A DNA stretch of 64,000 nt from Takakia lepidozioides (Eukaryota; Plantae; Bryophyta): contig CM060732.1 in assembly GCA_030704615.1 (NCBI GenBank), positions 6,510,001-6,574,000 on the forward strand. Reading direction: 5' to 3'. Each line of letters opens with the position of its first letter. Within the stretch, counting starts at the first letter, position 1. The position numbers were made by a program, and so were the translations under genes. Positions 49,693 to 61,925 of the stretch are shown here, in pieces. The notes beneath the pieces are model-generated. The model was given only the letters and a program-made list of their open reading frames with translations, had not been told where the DNA came from and did not search any database.

Positions 49693-51240
49693 CCTCAGTC
49701 CCTGAGGGCCGCCAGCATCTGGAATCCATTAAACAAAGCACCCTGATTTCTGATTTGCAACTTGTGTCCACCCCTTGGGTTTGAAAGCCATTGTTCGTAG
49801 GTCCAGATTGTTCCCAGAGGTTGTGGCAGAGAGTAAATTTAATCCGCCTCCTCCATGAAAGCCAATACATGTGTGGACGGTCTGCAGATGAGATCCGGGT
49901 GATCTTCCAGGTAAACACCCCATGAGATCCTTGCCACCGGGGTCAAGACATAGTGAGGGAGGGAGGCCTCACAAAATTCCTGAATTTTTAGCCTGAAGAG
50001 GGACTTTGGATTGCTGCTTGGTGGAGAAGTTTTAACAAAGCATTTCATATCAGCTGTTGTGATTCACAAGGATTCCACACATTCCAGGTCATCCGAGGTG
50101 ATAAGGATGCCTGGAGGTCTGCCAAACCAGGAGCCTGTGGAGCTGCTGAATCCAATCAGGGAACTTTATAGAGGGGTTGGGGGGGGTGAGAGGGGATTGA
50201 AGGAGAAAGGAGGGGTTTGAGGTCTTACTGCACCATTGTTCCAATAGTTCCTTGAACGCGCCTGGTGCGCCAAAAAGAAGCCAGTGCCCGAGGAAGGGTG
50301 GTTTCTTCTTTGCATTGGTAGAGTTCCTCCGCTTGGAAACGAAGCCTCCGTTGAATCCCTGAACTTGGGTTTGAGATTTGCGGGGGCCATTGTAAAGTTA
50401 ACTTGAAACGAGAATACAAAACACTCCGCAAATTTGGCAAGTACTAAACAAAGCACTAAGGGAGAGGGAGGGTAAGATAAGAGTGAGCTAGAAGTAGCGG
50501 GAAGATAACGCGGAGGGACAACAACATTAATTAGAGGCAGCTGAAGGAAATCGCTTAGGGATTTAGAGTGAAATAGAGAGAGATGAGGACGTGAGCATCA
50601 TTGGGATGAACATGGGGTGATGGAAAAGAGAAAGCTTCCAAGTACCTGTCAAGCAAATTACAGAAAAGCTAAGGGAAAGAAAAAGAATAAAACCAAAAAT
50701 CCTGATTTGCATATCGAAAGAAAGGCAGACGTGGTGGGAATGCTGGGAAGTGGAACTGAGAGGCTGAACAGATGACGCAGGGGGGATAGAAGCATAAAGA
50801 TAACGACGAGATGACCGTTGGAGGTCGTCTCGCAGCTCCGCCATCGCTCCCCATCCAATTCATTTACTTCTTATTATTATTAAAATGTAAAAAACAGCTG
50901 GGAGAGCCACAAAAAAAAACAAAAACAAAAACAAAAAGCGTTATGGTCCCATGGGGTTTCTAATTTTTTCCCCTCCATGTCAAAAAACTTTTGAGGCCTT
51001 TGTCCCTTCTTTAAGGAAAAAACAAGAATGAGGGAAAATAATGAGGCTAGGAGGTTTATTATTTTGATTTGTTGGCTCCGTCCCACAAGGGATAGAGGCA
51101 TTGTGGAGACATCTTGCCTAGGCGGAGAACTAGGCTTGTCCATTGAGCCTAGTCTATGGAGGGTTGATGGGCATGATTCATGAAGCCGTGGAAAAAGTAT
51201 AAAACAACAACCCCAAAATCATTGAAGGAATGAGCAAAGG

Positions 51241-51715
51241 TCAGAGCCTCTTGTGACGGAGCTCAAAGAAGGAAGTGGCCACCTTTGTAACCTGCTTGGG
51301 GTGTGATACTAGAGTACCCGAATTGTCCACAAGACCAGGGATGGCATGGCTTTGCATCCGTTGCTTAGCCTTAAGGAAGAAATATCTGTTCATCTTCTCA
51401 CCTTTAAGAGACCAATTAACCCCAGCACGTAATCTCATCGCGTCCTCCTTCTGTTTCTGAAGGGATCGGAGGTTATTTAGCCTCTTGCAAGGCAGCAATG
51501 GTGAACCTGTCTCCACGATTGGATTCGACCATTTTCTGCCAGACTGCATTTAGTTAGAGCCTTCTCTTTTCTTTGCCTGGCCATAGTGAGATTATGAGAG
51601 AATTTCATGGCCAAGACACGACAATCCTGAAGCTTTTTCAGAAAGCAGAGAGTAGGGGAGGTGAAGTCATTACCAGCATTTTTCCAGCATGCGATCAAGG
51701 AAGGAATAGTGCCAG
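51241..51715 (-). mobile_element. Internal LINE ORF2 fragment (EN-RT linker)
   Basis: RAGVNWSLKGEKMNRYFF is homologous to QAGINWSTKGEKMTNFFF at ~47340. Confidence 0.8.
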
Positions 51716-51984
51716 GATATTGTTTTTAAATTTAATTTTTATTGTTTTTTTTAATCATTGATTAAAATCAAATTTTATTTTGTTCTCCAGAAAGGAAGCC
51801 TTGTTTTTTGTTTTTGGAATTTTCGGATTCGAAGGACAAATAGATTTTTTTTGTTTTTTAAATAAAGAAAAACAGGGGACAGAGGCCCTGAATACCACTT
51901 TATTTGGAATTATTAGAGGGAAAAAATTAAAACCCCGGCACAATATTTGTTTTGTAATTTAATTATTTTAATACAATTGAAATG

Positions 51985-54185
51985 TTATGAAAGTAATATT
52001 TGTTTGGAAGACAATACCGCCTCACCAAGAGACCTCCCAAGCAGCGGGGATGTTGTCATGCCAGCTGAAGCGTAGAGAGGGTAAACTGGTGCCGAGAATG
52101 CCGCTTTTGCCCCAGGACTGCAAAAAATCCTCGAGGAGCTTGGTTGCGCGTTGTTGTGAAGACCTGGCAATGGCTGCACACAAGATGCCCTATGTTTTCC
52201 TCCCCTCAGTAAGCAGGTCATTGTAAATGCAGAACAGAATGGACCTGCCCCTGGGGGTCTTCCCTCATAGACGAAAGAGCACCTAGCCTTCCAGAGATTC
52301 CACAAAGTGTAAGCTCTAAGAGTGGCCCAAACTGGATAGATGCATCTTGCAATCTAACATCAAATTTAGCAAAAGCAAGGAAGGGGGGGAGGGGTTGTGG
52401 GAAGGAATCCCAAGAAGAGTAAAAATGCAACACCATTCTCCAGACTCTAGCAGGTAGATGACAACCTGCCAAGCAATGTTCAATGGACTCAGGCTGGGCC
52501 AGACAAAGGCTGCAAAGAGAATTATTATGAAGGGTGGCAGCGTGAACAGAGAGAATGTTATGGGCCAGCTTCCATAGAAATCCGGAGATTCTAGTTGCCC
52601 TTGGCTTTCGCCAGATGTCTTTCCATACCTTGTCCCAGACTGCCTGCGAGAGGTTGAGCTGACCCCATTTACTATTCCACTTGGTTTGAAAAGATCTGGT
52701 GGGTCTTAGCAGCAGGTATCCCATTTTGATAGAGTAGGCAAAAAAAGGCGAGTGTTTGGAGTCCATCCAACTCCACTCCCCTGGGTCAAACTGAAGGGCA
52801 TCCAGTGGGTACTTAACGAACCAGGTGAAAGCTGAATGTAATGCCCACTACATCTCCTGCCCTTGCGGTGGGGAGGGGTTAACATTACCTTCGGAGTCCA
52901 GCTCCCTGATAGGGAATAGTGAGGCTTTGTGCAGGTCTAGTGAGCCCCTAATATGCAGATTCCCATCCTGGTCAACGAGGAAGGAGATACCAGATGCAGT
53001 TTTGTCTGTTATTGACAGGACCAAGAGATTAACCGTGTTGCCCATGTCGAGTGAAGACGCCATCCAGGTGGGCAGAGACCAGGGGCTTCCTTCATCTCTT
53101 AGAAGTGGGAGCATATAATTGGGCACCTCTGCCAGCACGGCAAGCCATGCTTTGAGACGTCTGGGACCAACCAGTGGGCCGACGGAGGATTCAGATAGGT
53201 AGTGTCCATGATCCCAGATGCTACCTATGTGCGTAAAGCCACAGTGCTCCCAAAAGGCCCACTTTGAATTGTGTTGAATAAACGCTGTAGAGTCCATGTT
53301 GTAGCTCGCAAACAGGGGTTGACGGGAGCATTCTGCAAAATTGGAGGACATCCTCTGAGTAAGAGAGGGCCTGATTGCTTGCCACGCTGCCCAAATTGAT
53401 TGCCAAGGGCGGGAACCCAGCTGCACGTTCGCATTTCTGCCTTGTACAATCCAGCGCAGAGATTGGGTCCCAGGGAGGAGGAGGTGGGGTGGGCTCCCAT
53501 TAGATATGGTTGCACGAGGTTTACTCCATGGGTTGTGGCGATGAGATATGTCTCTAGGAATCCACTTAGCCAAAAGCGCTTTAATCTGTGTTGCAGGGTC
53601 AATGATTCCAAGTCCTCATTTGCTCTTTGGCTGGCAAAGCTGTTCCTACGAGACAAGGGCACGTCTGACATGTGATTGTGTGGATGTTCCCTAGATGAAG
53701 TTCCGCACCAGGGCTTTGATTTCTTTCACCAAGGAGGTACCAGGGTCCCATACCGCAGCAAAAAACCAAATGGATGCAAGGAGGATCTTGTTAACTACAA
53801 GTGCTCTTCCCGCAATGGAGAGCATGGAAGAGCTCCAATGAGCTAGCGTCTTTTTCAGTTTCATGATGACAGCCTGCATGGTACTTCTCTGGAACAAAGG
53901 CCAATCTGATGTCCCAAAAGAGTATATGACTCCCCCTCACGAAGCCAGTTGAGACCAATATCCTGCCCCCAAGGGTCACAATGCGCAGAGCTGGTGTGGT
54001 CGTGCAGCAGGGAAATGGAAGAATGCCCATGGATTTCGTCCAATTGACCTTCAGCCCTGAACCCAAACAAAAGATTTGAAGGGCTTGCAGAGCCCTCTGA
54101 ATATTATCCTGGTTCGAATTGTCCAACAGCAAGGTAGTATCATCGGCATACATAGACAATTTAACCATTTCAGGCTGGAAGGTAG
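51985..54185 (-). mobile_element. 5'-truncated L1-clade LINE (RT end to zf-RVT-like region)
   Basis: YADDTTLLL, GLKVNWTKS, LSIAGRALVVN, WKDIWRK...FLWKL...CSLC...ESIEH. Confidence 0.92.
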
Positions 54186-54749
54186 CTGCAACCCCATAAT
54201 ATCCTATTCCTATTTCTCATTGTCGTTTTGCAAGTCACCCCTCACTGCTGATGAATGTCGTCCTCTTTTCCTCTCTCTTCTCTTTGTTGATACTATGTGA
54301 AGACGAGCTCTTCATTTCCTTTGTCTCTAACCCTTCACTGCGCTGGTATCGAGAAGCATGTTTCCGTGTGTTGAGGACAGGCGGAGCAACCACCTGTCCG
54401 TGTGTTTCAGGCGTAAATCTGCAACTCGAGAACTCCCTTCTTGCTCACTTCATGGCCAAGGTACGATCCTCCCCTAGGATCGAATTGCCTTACTGCAACA
54501 ACATTTCTTGCGACCGCTCACAATGCCGCTTTTTTGGCATCACCTTGAGCAAGGGTTCGCCTTGAACCCCTTTGACTAGGAAGATAACCTTGAACCAACC
54601 GTGTGCCCCAAACTACAGTTGGGCCCACTTTGAGATGTTGGCCTGAGGTACGGGAACACGCCGAAGCCGCACTAAGACTTTGTCCCGAGGTTACACGATT
54701 ATAGTACGTGAACGGAAGCACGTAGCTTCTGCGATAGCCCGCACTACTT

Positions 54750-55950
54750 TGAAGTAAGGCTTCAAAAACGAAACGTGGAACACAAGATGCACCTTGCTGT
54801 CTGCCGGCAATTCCAACTCATACACATCCTCATTCATTACCTTCCGAATGCGAAAAGGCCCCGCATACAGAGGTACGAACTTCGGACTCACTTCCGGAGG
54901 TAGTCAAAAATTCTTGATGCTCAACCAGACCTCCGTGCCTGCCTCAAACTTAACTTCCCTCCGCTTCCGATTAACCTGCAACTCATAGCGCTTCCTAGCC
55001 TTGGCAATGTTGTACTTAGCAAGCTCCATTAAACGCTTGCATTCCTCCCACACCGCCATTGCCGCTGGCACCTTCTCACCATCTTCCGACCGCCTCCATT
55101 GTCCCTTGGGCGGCCCAACTTGCCGGCATCAAAGGCTTTCCCGTAGACCACTTGGAATGGGGAAGCCCCGGTTGCGGAGTGTTCAGCGCTATTATAATAA
55201 AACTTTGCCGCATCCAAGTGATCCACCCAGTCCGACTGATCAGTCGATACGTAATTCCGCAAGAGCTGTTTCACCACGGAGTTCACCCTTTCCGTTTGGC
55301 TGTTCGTTGTAGGTCGGAAGGTTGTACTCATCTTTAGCCTCGTCCCCATTTTCTTCCAAAGTGTTTTCCAAAACTTACTCGTAAACTTTGGATCGCGATC
55401 TGAAACAATGTCTCTCGGGAGTCCATGAAACTTGAAGATGTGGGCGAAGTGAAGTCGCCCCGTCTCCTGCGCCGTTGCCGTTTCATTGGTGGGGATGAAA
55501 TGGCCCATTTTGCTGAACCTATCCACCACCACCATGATTGCATCGAATCCTTTTGACAGCGACAAAGCAGTCATGAAATCCATTGAGACACTCTCTCAAT
55601 ACCCCCCTGGAATCGGCAAAGGTTGTAACAGCCCCGCTTGCTTTTTGTACTCGCTCCGGTTTTGCTGATATGAGGTGCATGTCTTGACATACTTCCTTGG
55701 CCTCTTCCCTCAGTTTGGGCCAGAAATACTCTTCCTTCAAGAGTGCCGCGGTGCGCTTGGCCCCGCCATGGCCTGCAAGCATGCCATCATAGTATTCTCT
55801 CAAGAGACTATCTGAGCCATTTCTTCGGCACGTAGAGACGCTTTTGCTTGTACAGGAGCAGTCCATTGTGCAAGTGGAACTGCGACTTAACCCTAGCCTC
55901 AAGTCCCGCAACACAGGCTTCACCAACTCATCTTTCCGATAAGCCTTCCG
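54750..55950 (-). mobile_element. Gypsy copy 2, 3' part (integrase), inverted
   Basis: Begins RKAYRKDELVK, the direct continuation of LQRKI at 44106. Contains AGHGGAKRT, MDFMT, VVVDRFSK, IVSDRD and a GPF/SH3-like C-terminus (YAGPFRI...VFHVSFLKPY). Confidence 0.93.
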
Positions 55951-55952
55951 TA

Positions 55953-56416
55953 CCAAATTGGATCATTACCGCTTCAATGAAGAGAACTGGTCCACTATTT
56001 GGGGCTTGGCCTGGATCAAAACTCGACTAGCAAAAATTGCAGTGTTTCTGTGGCAGCTCGTGAACAGGGTTCTTAAGGTTGGAGAATGACTCCAGCTCTA
56101 AGGAGTAGTCTTTTGTGCATGTTGTTCCTCAACAATCTTGGAAAGTATAGAACATTGTTTGCTTTTCTTCCATGCTCCAGCCAGAATCTGGCCTTATGTC
56201 AAGTCCTTCTACCACATCTGGAACCCAAGAAACCTCTCTGCTACTGATCTGCTTCTGAACTATGATCCAGTTACCAAATCCAGAGCTGTGAACTGTCAGG
56301 TTTTCGAGGTTCTACCTTATGGCACCTTTGGAAGTTAAGATGCAAAAACACCTTTTCAGGACAAACCTTAACTATCTCAGCTCTTCTATCTAACATCTTT
56401 CATGACCTGCAAACTG
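55953..56416 (+). mobile_element. 3' end of the 44107-50852 LINE, left on the plus strand by the inversion
   Basis: WSTIWGLAWIKTRLAKIAVFLWQLVNRVL...ESIEHCL is the zf-RVT-like segment that should follow the ...FFSYTTK..YRVFSATQP read at 44107. Confidence 0.85.
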
Positions 56417-57530
56417 TGTCGCGGCCCTTTGCCTTGAGGGCAGGGGGTCGGGACACGAGAGGGGTTGCCCCTGTGGTGGGGGCAGTGGCGACAATAGATG
56501 CGGGGGCTGAAGCACCCTTGAGTGCCCAAGGCACTCAAGGAGGCGGAGGCGCTCACTAGGTGGAGCCCCGCACACCGGGTTGCGGTGGGGGTGGTTCCAC
56601 GAGGGGTGGTGGTAGCTTAGTGGGACGTAGTGGGGGTGGCATAGGACTCACCATGGGGGCGGAGATCTTGTGATGGGAGTCGTGGGGAGTCTTGGGACTC
56701 ATCACAGTCCAATGAGACCGTGGTGGGTGGGCCAAGACTTACCGCGACTCTTCACCGGGAGTCGAGGGTTTTCGTGGTGGTTCGCCATAAAATGGCATGG
56801 TTGTTTGTGAACCCCCCGCGGACAGTCACATAAGTATATATGGGGAGTAGTAACCCCGAGAACGGTGCAAGCCCGTTGGTGTCCAAAAACTAGTGAGTAA
56901 GCGAGCGAGCCGGAAAGCGACCAAGGAGTGGGGAGCTATTCCGGACTGCCATCCACCAAAGGGAATTTCCACTAGGCCCAAATTGGTGGAGGGTTTCTGG
57001 GAAGAGTAAAGGGGGACCGTTATGTCTCGGTGAGCAGCCAAAGCTCCGAGTTGGCCCGGTGGCCAGGTTGGGAGTTAGGCGCGCGCATCGAAGCGAGTAA
57101 CTATGACTTGAAGGGGAGCTTACCGAAGTGAGGTGCGCGACACTTGGTATCAAAGCTTAGAGTTCAATACGCGATCATCCTTGGGATCGGCCTCATCATG
57201 GGGTCAGGCAAGCGAAAGTGAAAGCGGAACGGCCCGAAAGGTGATTATCCTGGTGAGCCCGATGGGGGCGACGTGTCACCGAAGCGGCCATTTGAGGAAG
57301 CGATGCATGCTTTTGAAAACGAGGCCACTCAAGAACGGGAGGAATCTGAGGAGTCGGAGCCCGAGGAATCCCTGAGAGATCCGACAGACCAACAGATGCT
57401 TCCCATGCCAGCAGCCTTTTGGGAAGGGTTGTTGGCGCAGTTTGGCGGGACGTTGAAAGACGTGTTGAAGGCGGCTAATGCCACTTCCACTAAGGCAAAG
57501 TTTAAGGTGAAGCCTAAGGAACCCGACACC
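56417..57530 (+). mobile_element. Gypsy copy 3: 5' LTR (56417-57142), PBS (57145-57156), start of gag; interrupted at 57531
   Basis: TGTCGCG...CGCGACA LTR, TGGTATCAAAGC, gag ...KFKVKPKEPDT followed by unrelated sequence. Confidence 0.95.
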
Positions 57531-58406
57531 TGTCGAGCGGCTTTTACTCACCCATCCCTTCGCTATCCGAGGTGGAAACTCCAAGATAGAAGAGTTGGAT
57601 ATCTCTAAGCACTCAGCCCGCTCAGTACAATCAGTCATGACCTGCAGCTAGTGAATCATGGTTGTGCTTCCCCTTTGTATTCCTTCTTGCCTTCATGTTA
57701 TCAATTTACCTTATCTGATACTGAAGCATTAGTTTGCTTCAGTATCTTCTTAGTTCCAGTTAATCATGCATTCATTTCACAGCTTCACTCATGTCTCTCT
57801 ACACAGTGTGCTTGTATCGAATAAGTATCAGATTACGATTTATCAAGTACTAGGCCAATGTCAAGTGACTCTAATTACAGGGTAATACTGGCCACAAGTT
57901 CCTTTCCCTAAATCCCCTCTTGTCAATGAAATAAAGCATCTATTGTTCATCTCTCCTCCTACTCCGTGCTCTCGTTCTTGCTCTCCGCCTGATCTCCTCT
58001 CCTCCATGACCATGAAGCGCTCCCCCCGTCCAGTCTCCTTCTTTCCGTTGCCGCCCTCCTTATCTGCCCCCAAGCTGTTCTAACCACCTAACTAATTAAC
58101 CGTCATCCCTCACAGTCGTTCCTGCCAATGATAACTGTTCCCATGTACTGTGACAGGCTGTGTCAAGCTGTGTCGAGCCTGGCTGTGTAAGGCTGTGTCG
58201 GGCTGTGTGGCTGTGCGAAGCTGTGGCTGTGTGGCGGCTGTGACTGGCTGTGTGCTGTGGCGGGCTGTGTCGGCTGTGACTGGCTGTGACCCCCTAAAGC
58301 CTGCTGCTGCCACCCCTAAGGCTCCTGTTGGTCTCAGTCTGCGCAAAAATTAAGGGTACCCCACAGAACCCGTAAAAGCGTCTAAGTCCCAAGCAGCCCT
58401 CTAACA
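57531..58406 (-). repeat. 3' LTR (876 bp) of the nested Gypsy element
   Basis: TG...CA termini; immediately follows the polypurine tract; contains CACAGCC tandem repeats at ~58148-58290. Confidence 0.85.
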
Positions 58407-58438
58407 TTTACCCCTCCCCCTCTCAAAAAGCCGTGTCC

Positions 58439-61400
58439 TCACGGTTTACTGTTGGGATTAGCAAACCTTTGTGAGCGAGCACCCTTCTGACGGTGAGAGT
58501 CTCGTGAAGGACTCCGTGTGCGAGCCCGAGTCCTGTCACTGGTTGACGGAGATGATTGAGCACTACCTGGAAATGTCAGTCCCTCCTTTGGCTGATATCG
58601 AGGTAACCTCTCAGGCATAGGAGATCCCCGTCGTTTCTTCTCTGCCATCTGAATTGCATAGTCCTCTGCCATGTCAAAAGAGTCCGCTGAAGAAACAGTA
58701 GTATCAGAATCTCGTCCCCCTAGGTGTTTTAACGGCCGAACTTTAAGTGGAATCCTCTGTGGCATACAATGTGTCCACCATGTCTGGAAGTTTAAATTGT
58801 ACAACTTGTTGTAAGCGCTGCAAAATTGGTGAACCCTGAACTCCTTATCTGTATAGGTAAGAGGTGTGCCAATGACTTGGGAACAGTGCAAGTATTTCCA
58901 TGCCTCATGTCCCTTAAAGAAAATATCGTCAGGGCCAATTTCTGTGTTGTCAAATTGTTCCAGCCGAATGAAACCATGAACGAAGTTGGGAATCCTTTTG
59001 CATCATAACTTTTGCTCATATAGGTACATATGAGGTGGCACTGAAGGTAAGACCCAATGATCCCCACTGGAATAACTCAGAAATCGCGATTGCATCTTCT
59101 GCTGCTCAATGTGATAACGTGCCAGAAAACAAGCAGCATAGTATAATCCACAGCCCATGACAATACTTGCTACCTCCTTGGTTGGTATAAATGTACCCAT
59201 GTACAACTTGGAAGGCAATTAATTCCTTCAACATGGTACTTGCTTCAGACCAGTACCTCGCAAAGTGATGATCCTCAATGGGTCGATTGTTCGGAAGAAC
59301 CTTAGTCCTAGTTGCCACTGGCAGCCAAATGCGCATGATCTGGTAGTAATGTGCCAACGACTGCGGAGGACTAAATTCCTTCCAAGCCAAATCCAACACA
59401 ATGGGAATTTGGTTGAAGGGCATAATCATAGCCCGACTGTACTCCCGTGCAGCAGGAGTCTTAGGTGGTTAAAAGCAGCATCCCCCCATACCTCAGGCTG
59501 TGGTGTGGCTGTAGTAACAACAGGGTCAGCTACCGCACAGTCACTTGTTGTGGTATTGGTAGCACTGGCCCTTCTACCACTGGCATCTCCTGCACCCCTT
59601 GCGAAGAAGACTGAAAAATTAGAGTTCTGGCTGTAAATAAGTAGCCATCAGCTGCTCCTCAGGTACAAAGACTCTCTTGTCAATATTGAAGTCAGGTCAT
59701 CCACCTGAGTCTGCAGGCCTTCTACATCCTCTGTAGCTCCGCTATCCTACTATAGACATTGTCTATAGTAGTTGTGGCAATGTTCTGCACCTGCAGTCTG
59801 AGCTCATTCATCTCGCCCTGGGTGAGCTTCCGTGGTGCTTTGCCTTCCACCGGCCCTTGTGCTAACCAGACCTGCATAAGGTGGTTATCCACCAAGTTGT
59901 GTGTGGCACCCCTGAGAGTCTGCTCCTCTGTGAGCCTGTACACATCTAACTGCTGCTGTAAAGCCTCCATGCGCTTCGCATGAGGTTCAACCAAACTCGC
60001 ATAGGCAGCAGCCAGATTATTGGCTTCCTTCCAAGCCTTGTTAGCCACAGAGAGTTCATTTCTATTTACCATGACCGTTTGTTGCAACTCCAGGATGTAC
60101 CTCTCTTGGTCAGCTTCAACCTGTCTGTATTGCTTGAAAGTATTCTTGCGACAGATTGTATTCTTCATATCAACAATGAGTTTCGCTGCTCGATCTCTGC
60201 CTCTGCCTTCATACATCTCTCCCTTGTCTGTTAACTTCTAATGTAGTTTGCTCAAGAGTAGTTGTGAGTGTAGCACATTGTATGGTCATCCTCTCATACT
60301 GCCTGCAACTCCGTATGTAGTGCATTCACTTCTTGCAACTTGCCTCATGCTTCACCTGCATTTGGTATAACTGTTGCTTATGTGCTTCGTGCAACTGGTC
60401 CTGCGCGAGGCCTGCTTTCCTTGGCCAACTGCAAAGCAGCTTTTGTATCCTCTAACTCTTGCTGTACTTGAGATTGACCTCCTCATCGACCTTGTTTGCA
60501 CACTCAGTGGCAAGTCGAGCCTCAAACTCCTTCCTGAGTTCCTCCCTCAAAGCTGCCAATTGGGTAGATGGAACATGGGATTTCACATAAGTGCCCAACA
60601 AATTAAGTGTCCTGCTTATGGAACTCATAAGCATGGCCTGCTGAGGGTCATCATGGTGAGCTTGCTGCTGTTCTCCCTGATCCTCAACAGTGTGATGCCT
60701 CACAACCATTCAGGCCATTGCCCCACCAGATTTTCTTCCTGAACCACCTCATCCGCCACAGGTGCTGCAGTGTCTTGATATTCTACCCCTGGTACCTCCG
60801 TCACAGGTGTGGGTATTACATGCACAGCAGGGTTTCCCCTGGACAACCGCTGCACCTCTGGAATCACTGTTTCCCTTACCAAGCCAGAGTTTTCATAGAG
60901 AAGGTCACCCTTCTCAATTTCGGCCACGACCTGCTCTGTAGTGGGAATGTCCAACCTTTCTCCTTCCAGAGCAATTGGGGTGATGCACAGCATATACTAA
61001 CTGTAACAGAGTCAATTGGTTGTGGTGGCTGTGGTATCGAAGTGACTTCCTCTTCCCTCTCTGAAGGCCCTGCTTCCAATAATAGCAGCTCTCTGTGCTG
61101 CTGTGCCCCATCCTGCACAAGAGCTTGGGAAACATTATCGTGCGGTTTCCGTGAAGCCAGTGGATCCGCCACTACAGTCTTACCCCGCCTCTGTCTCTTA
61201 GACTGGTGTTGCCTGCCAGTCCACCCTCACTGTGTGAAGAGCTTGCTCTTCAATTGCAGTGGTTTCTGCCTCAAACACTCCCATCTCCTTACGTTCCCGA
61301 GTATCAAGTATGCAAGAATCAAGAATTATTTGGGCAATGACTGGGACCGGACACAATGATCGGAGACTTAGCAGCAGTGCCCTGTAACCTCTTCATCTCG

Positions 61401-61925
61401 TCCACCAATCCGTTGTACATTAACTCCGCCCAAGCGACATCCTCTCCCCTCAAAGCTTTCAGGATCTCCTCTGTGAATGACCTGCTCAAATACTGTTGGT
61501 TCTGTTTCATGGCAAACAGAACGTTCAAGATTTGGCCAACTTCCCTAAGCCCTGGGTACTCGGCTTTGGTACAAGCAAACCTTGAGTTTTAAAGAAACTC
61601 CCTTCGGAAAAATTCCCTATCTGCAATCTTGCCCTGTGCTCATCCACATCCACATGTCCTGATGGCAAATCAAACAATTGCTGCAGGTACTGGGGAGTAA
61701 TTTCTATATCTACTCCCCTCACCTGAGTAACTCCTGTCCGAGGCTCAAAGTTCTGAAGAAATTGTATCATGAACTGCCGATGATGCAAGGACCAGTCCTT
61801 GCGTAGCAATCCCTCCAATCGCAGCTCCTTCAGTAGCTGCACCGCCTGTGGTGTAGCAATGTTTGCTTCTGTAAGATTGTGGTGCTCTTCACCCTGATAT
61901 CCTCCATTCCTCTCACTCTCTTCAT
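58439..61925 (-). pseudogene. Large accessory (env-like position) ORF between integrase and 3' LTR, frameshifted
   Basis: Chain of same-strand ORF pieces 61525-61842, 61319-61528, 60876-61172, 60700-60993, 60452-60709, 59722-60216, 59106-59429, 59003-59218, 58792-59067 and 58439-58891. The N-terminal FLQNF...VRGVDIEITPQYLQQLFDLP and GEDVAWAE resemble plant retroelement ORF domains; the middle is coiled-coil-like. Confidence 0.7.

Larger units (their letters stand above)
44107..50852 (-). mobile_element. Near full-length L1-clade LINE (5' UTR, ORF1, ORF2 EN-RT), decayed; 3' end displaced to 55953-56416
   Basis: ORF1 from ~50390. APE endonuclease 47421-48470 (SWNIRG, LQEH, NVYAPN, GDFN, RLDR, FDH). 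RT 46119-47347 (KTPGMDG, NYRPITLLN, QTGFIKGR, FKKAFDR, VRKGCPL, FVDD). Confidence 0.95.

Noticed and set aside
54691-54891. Chromodomain in the Gypsy integrase
   Set aside because: The visible part is the GPF/SH3-like module. The element is cut before where a chromodomain would lie, so chromovirus status is only inferred from the RT and PBS.
40505-57142. LTRs at 40505 and 56417 as the two ends of one element
   Set aside because: Both are followed by a PBS and gag, so both are 5' LTRs of separate insertions.
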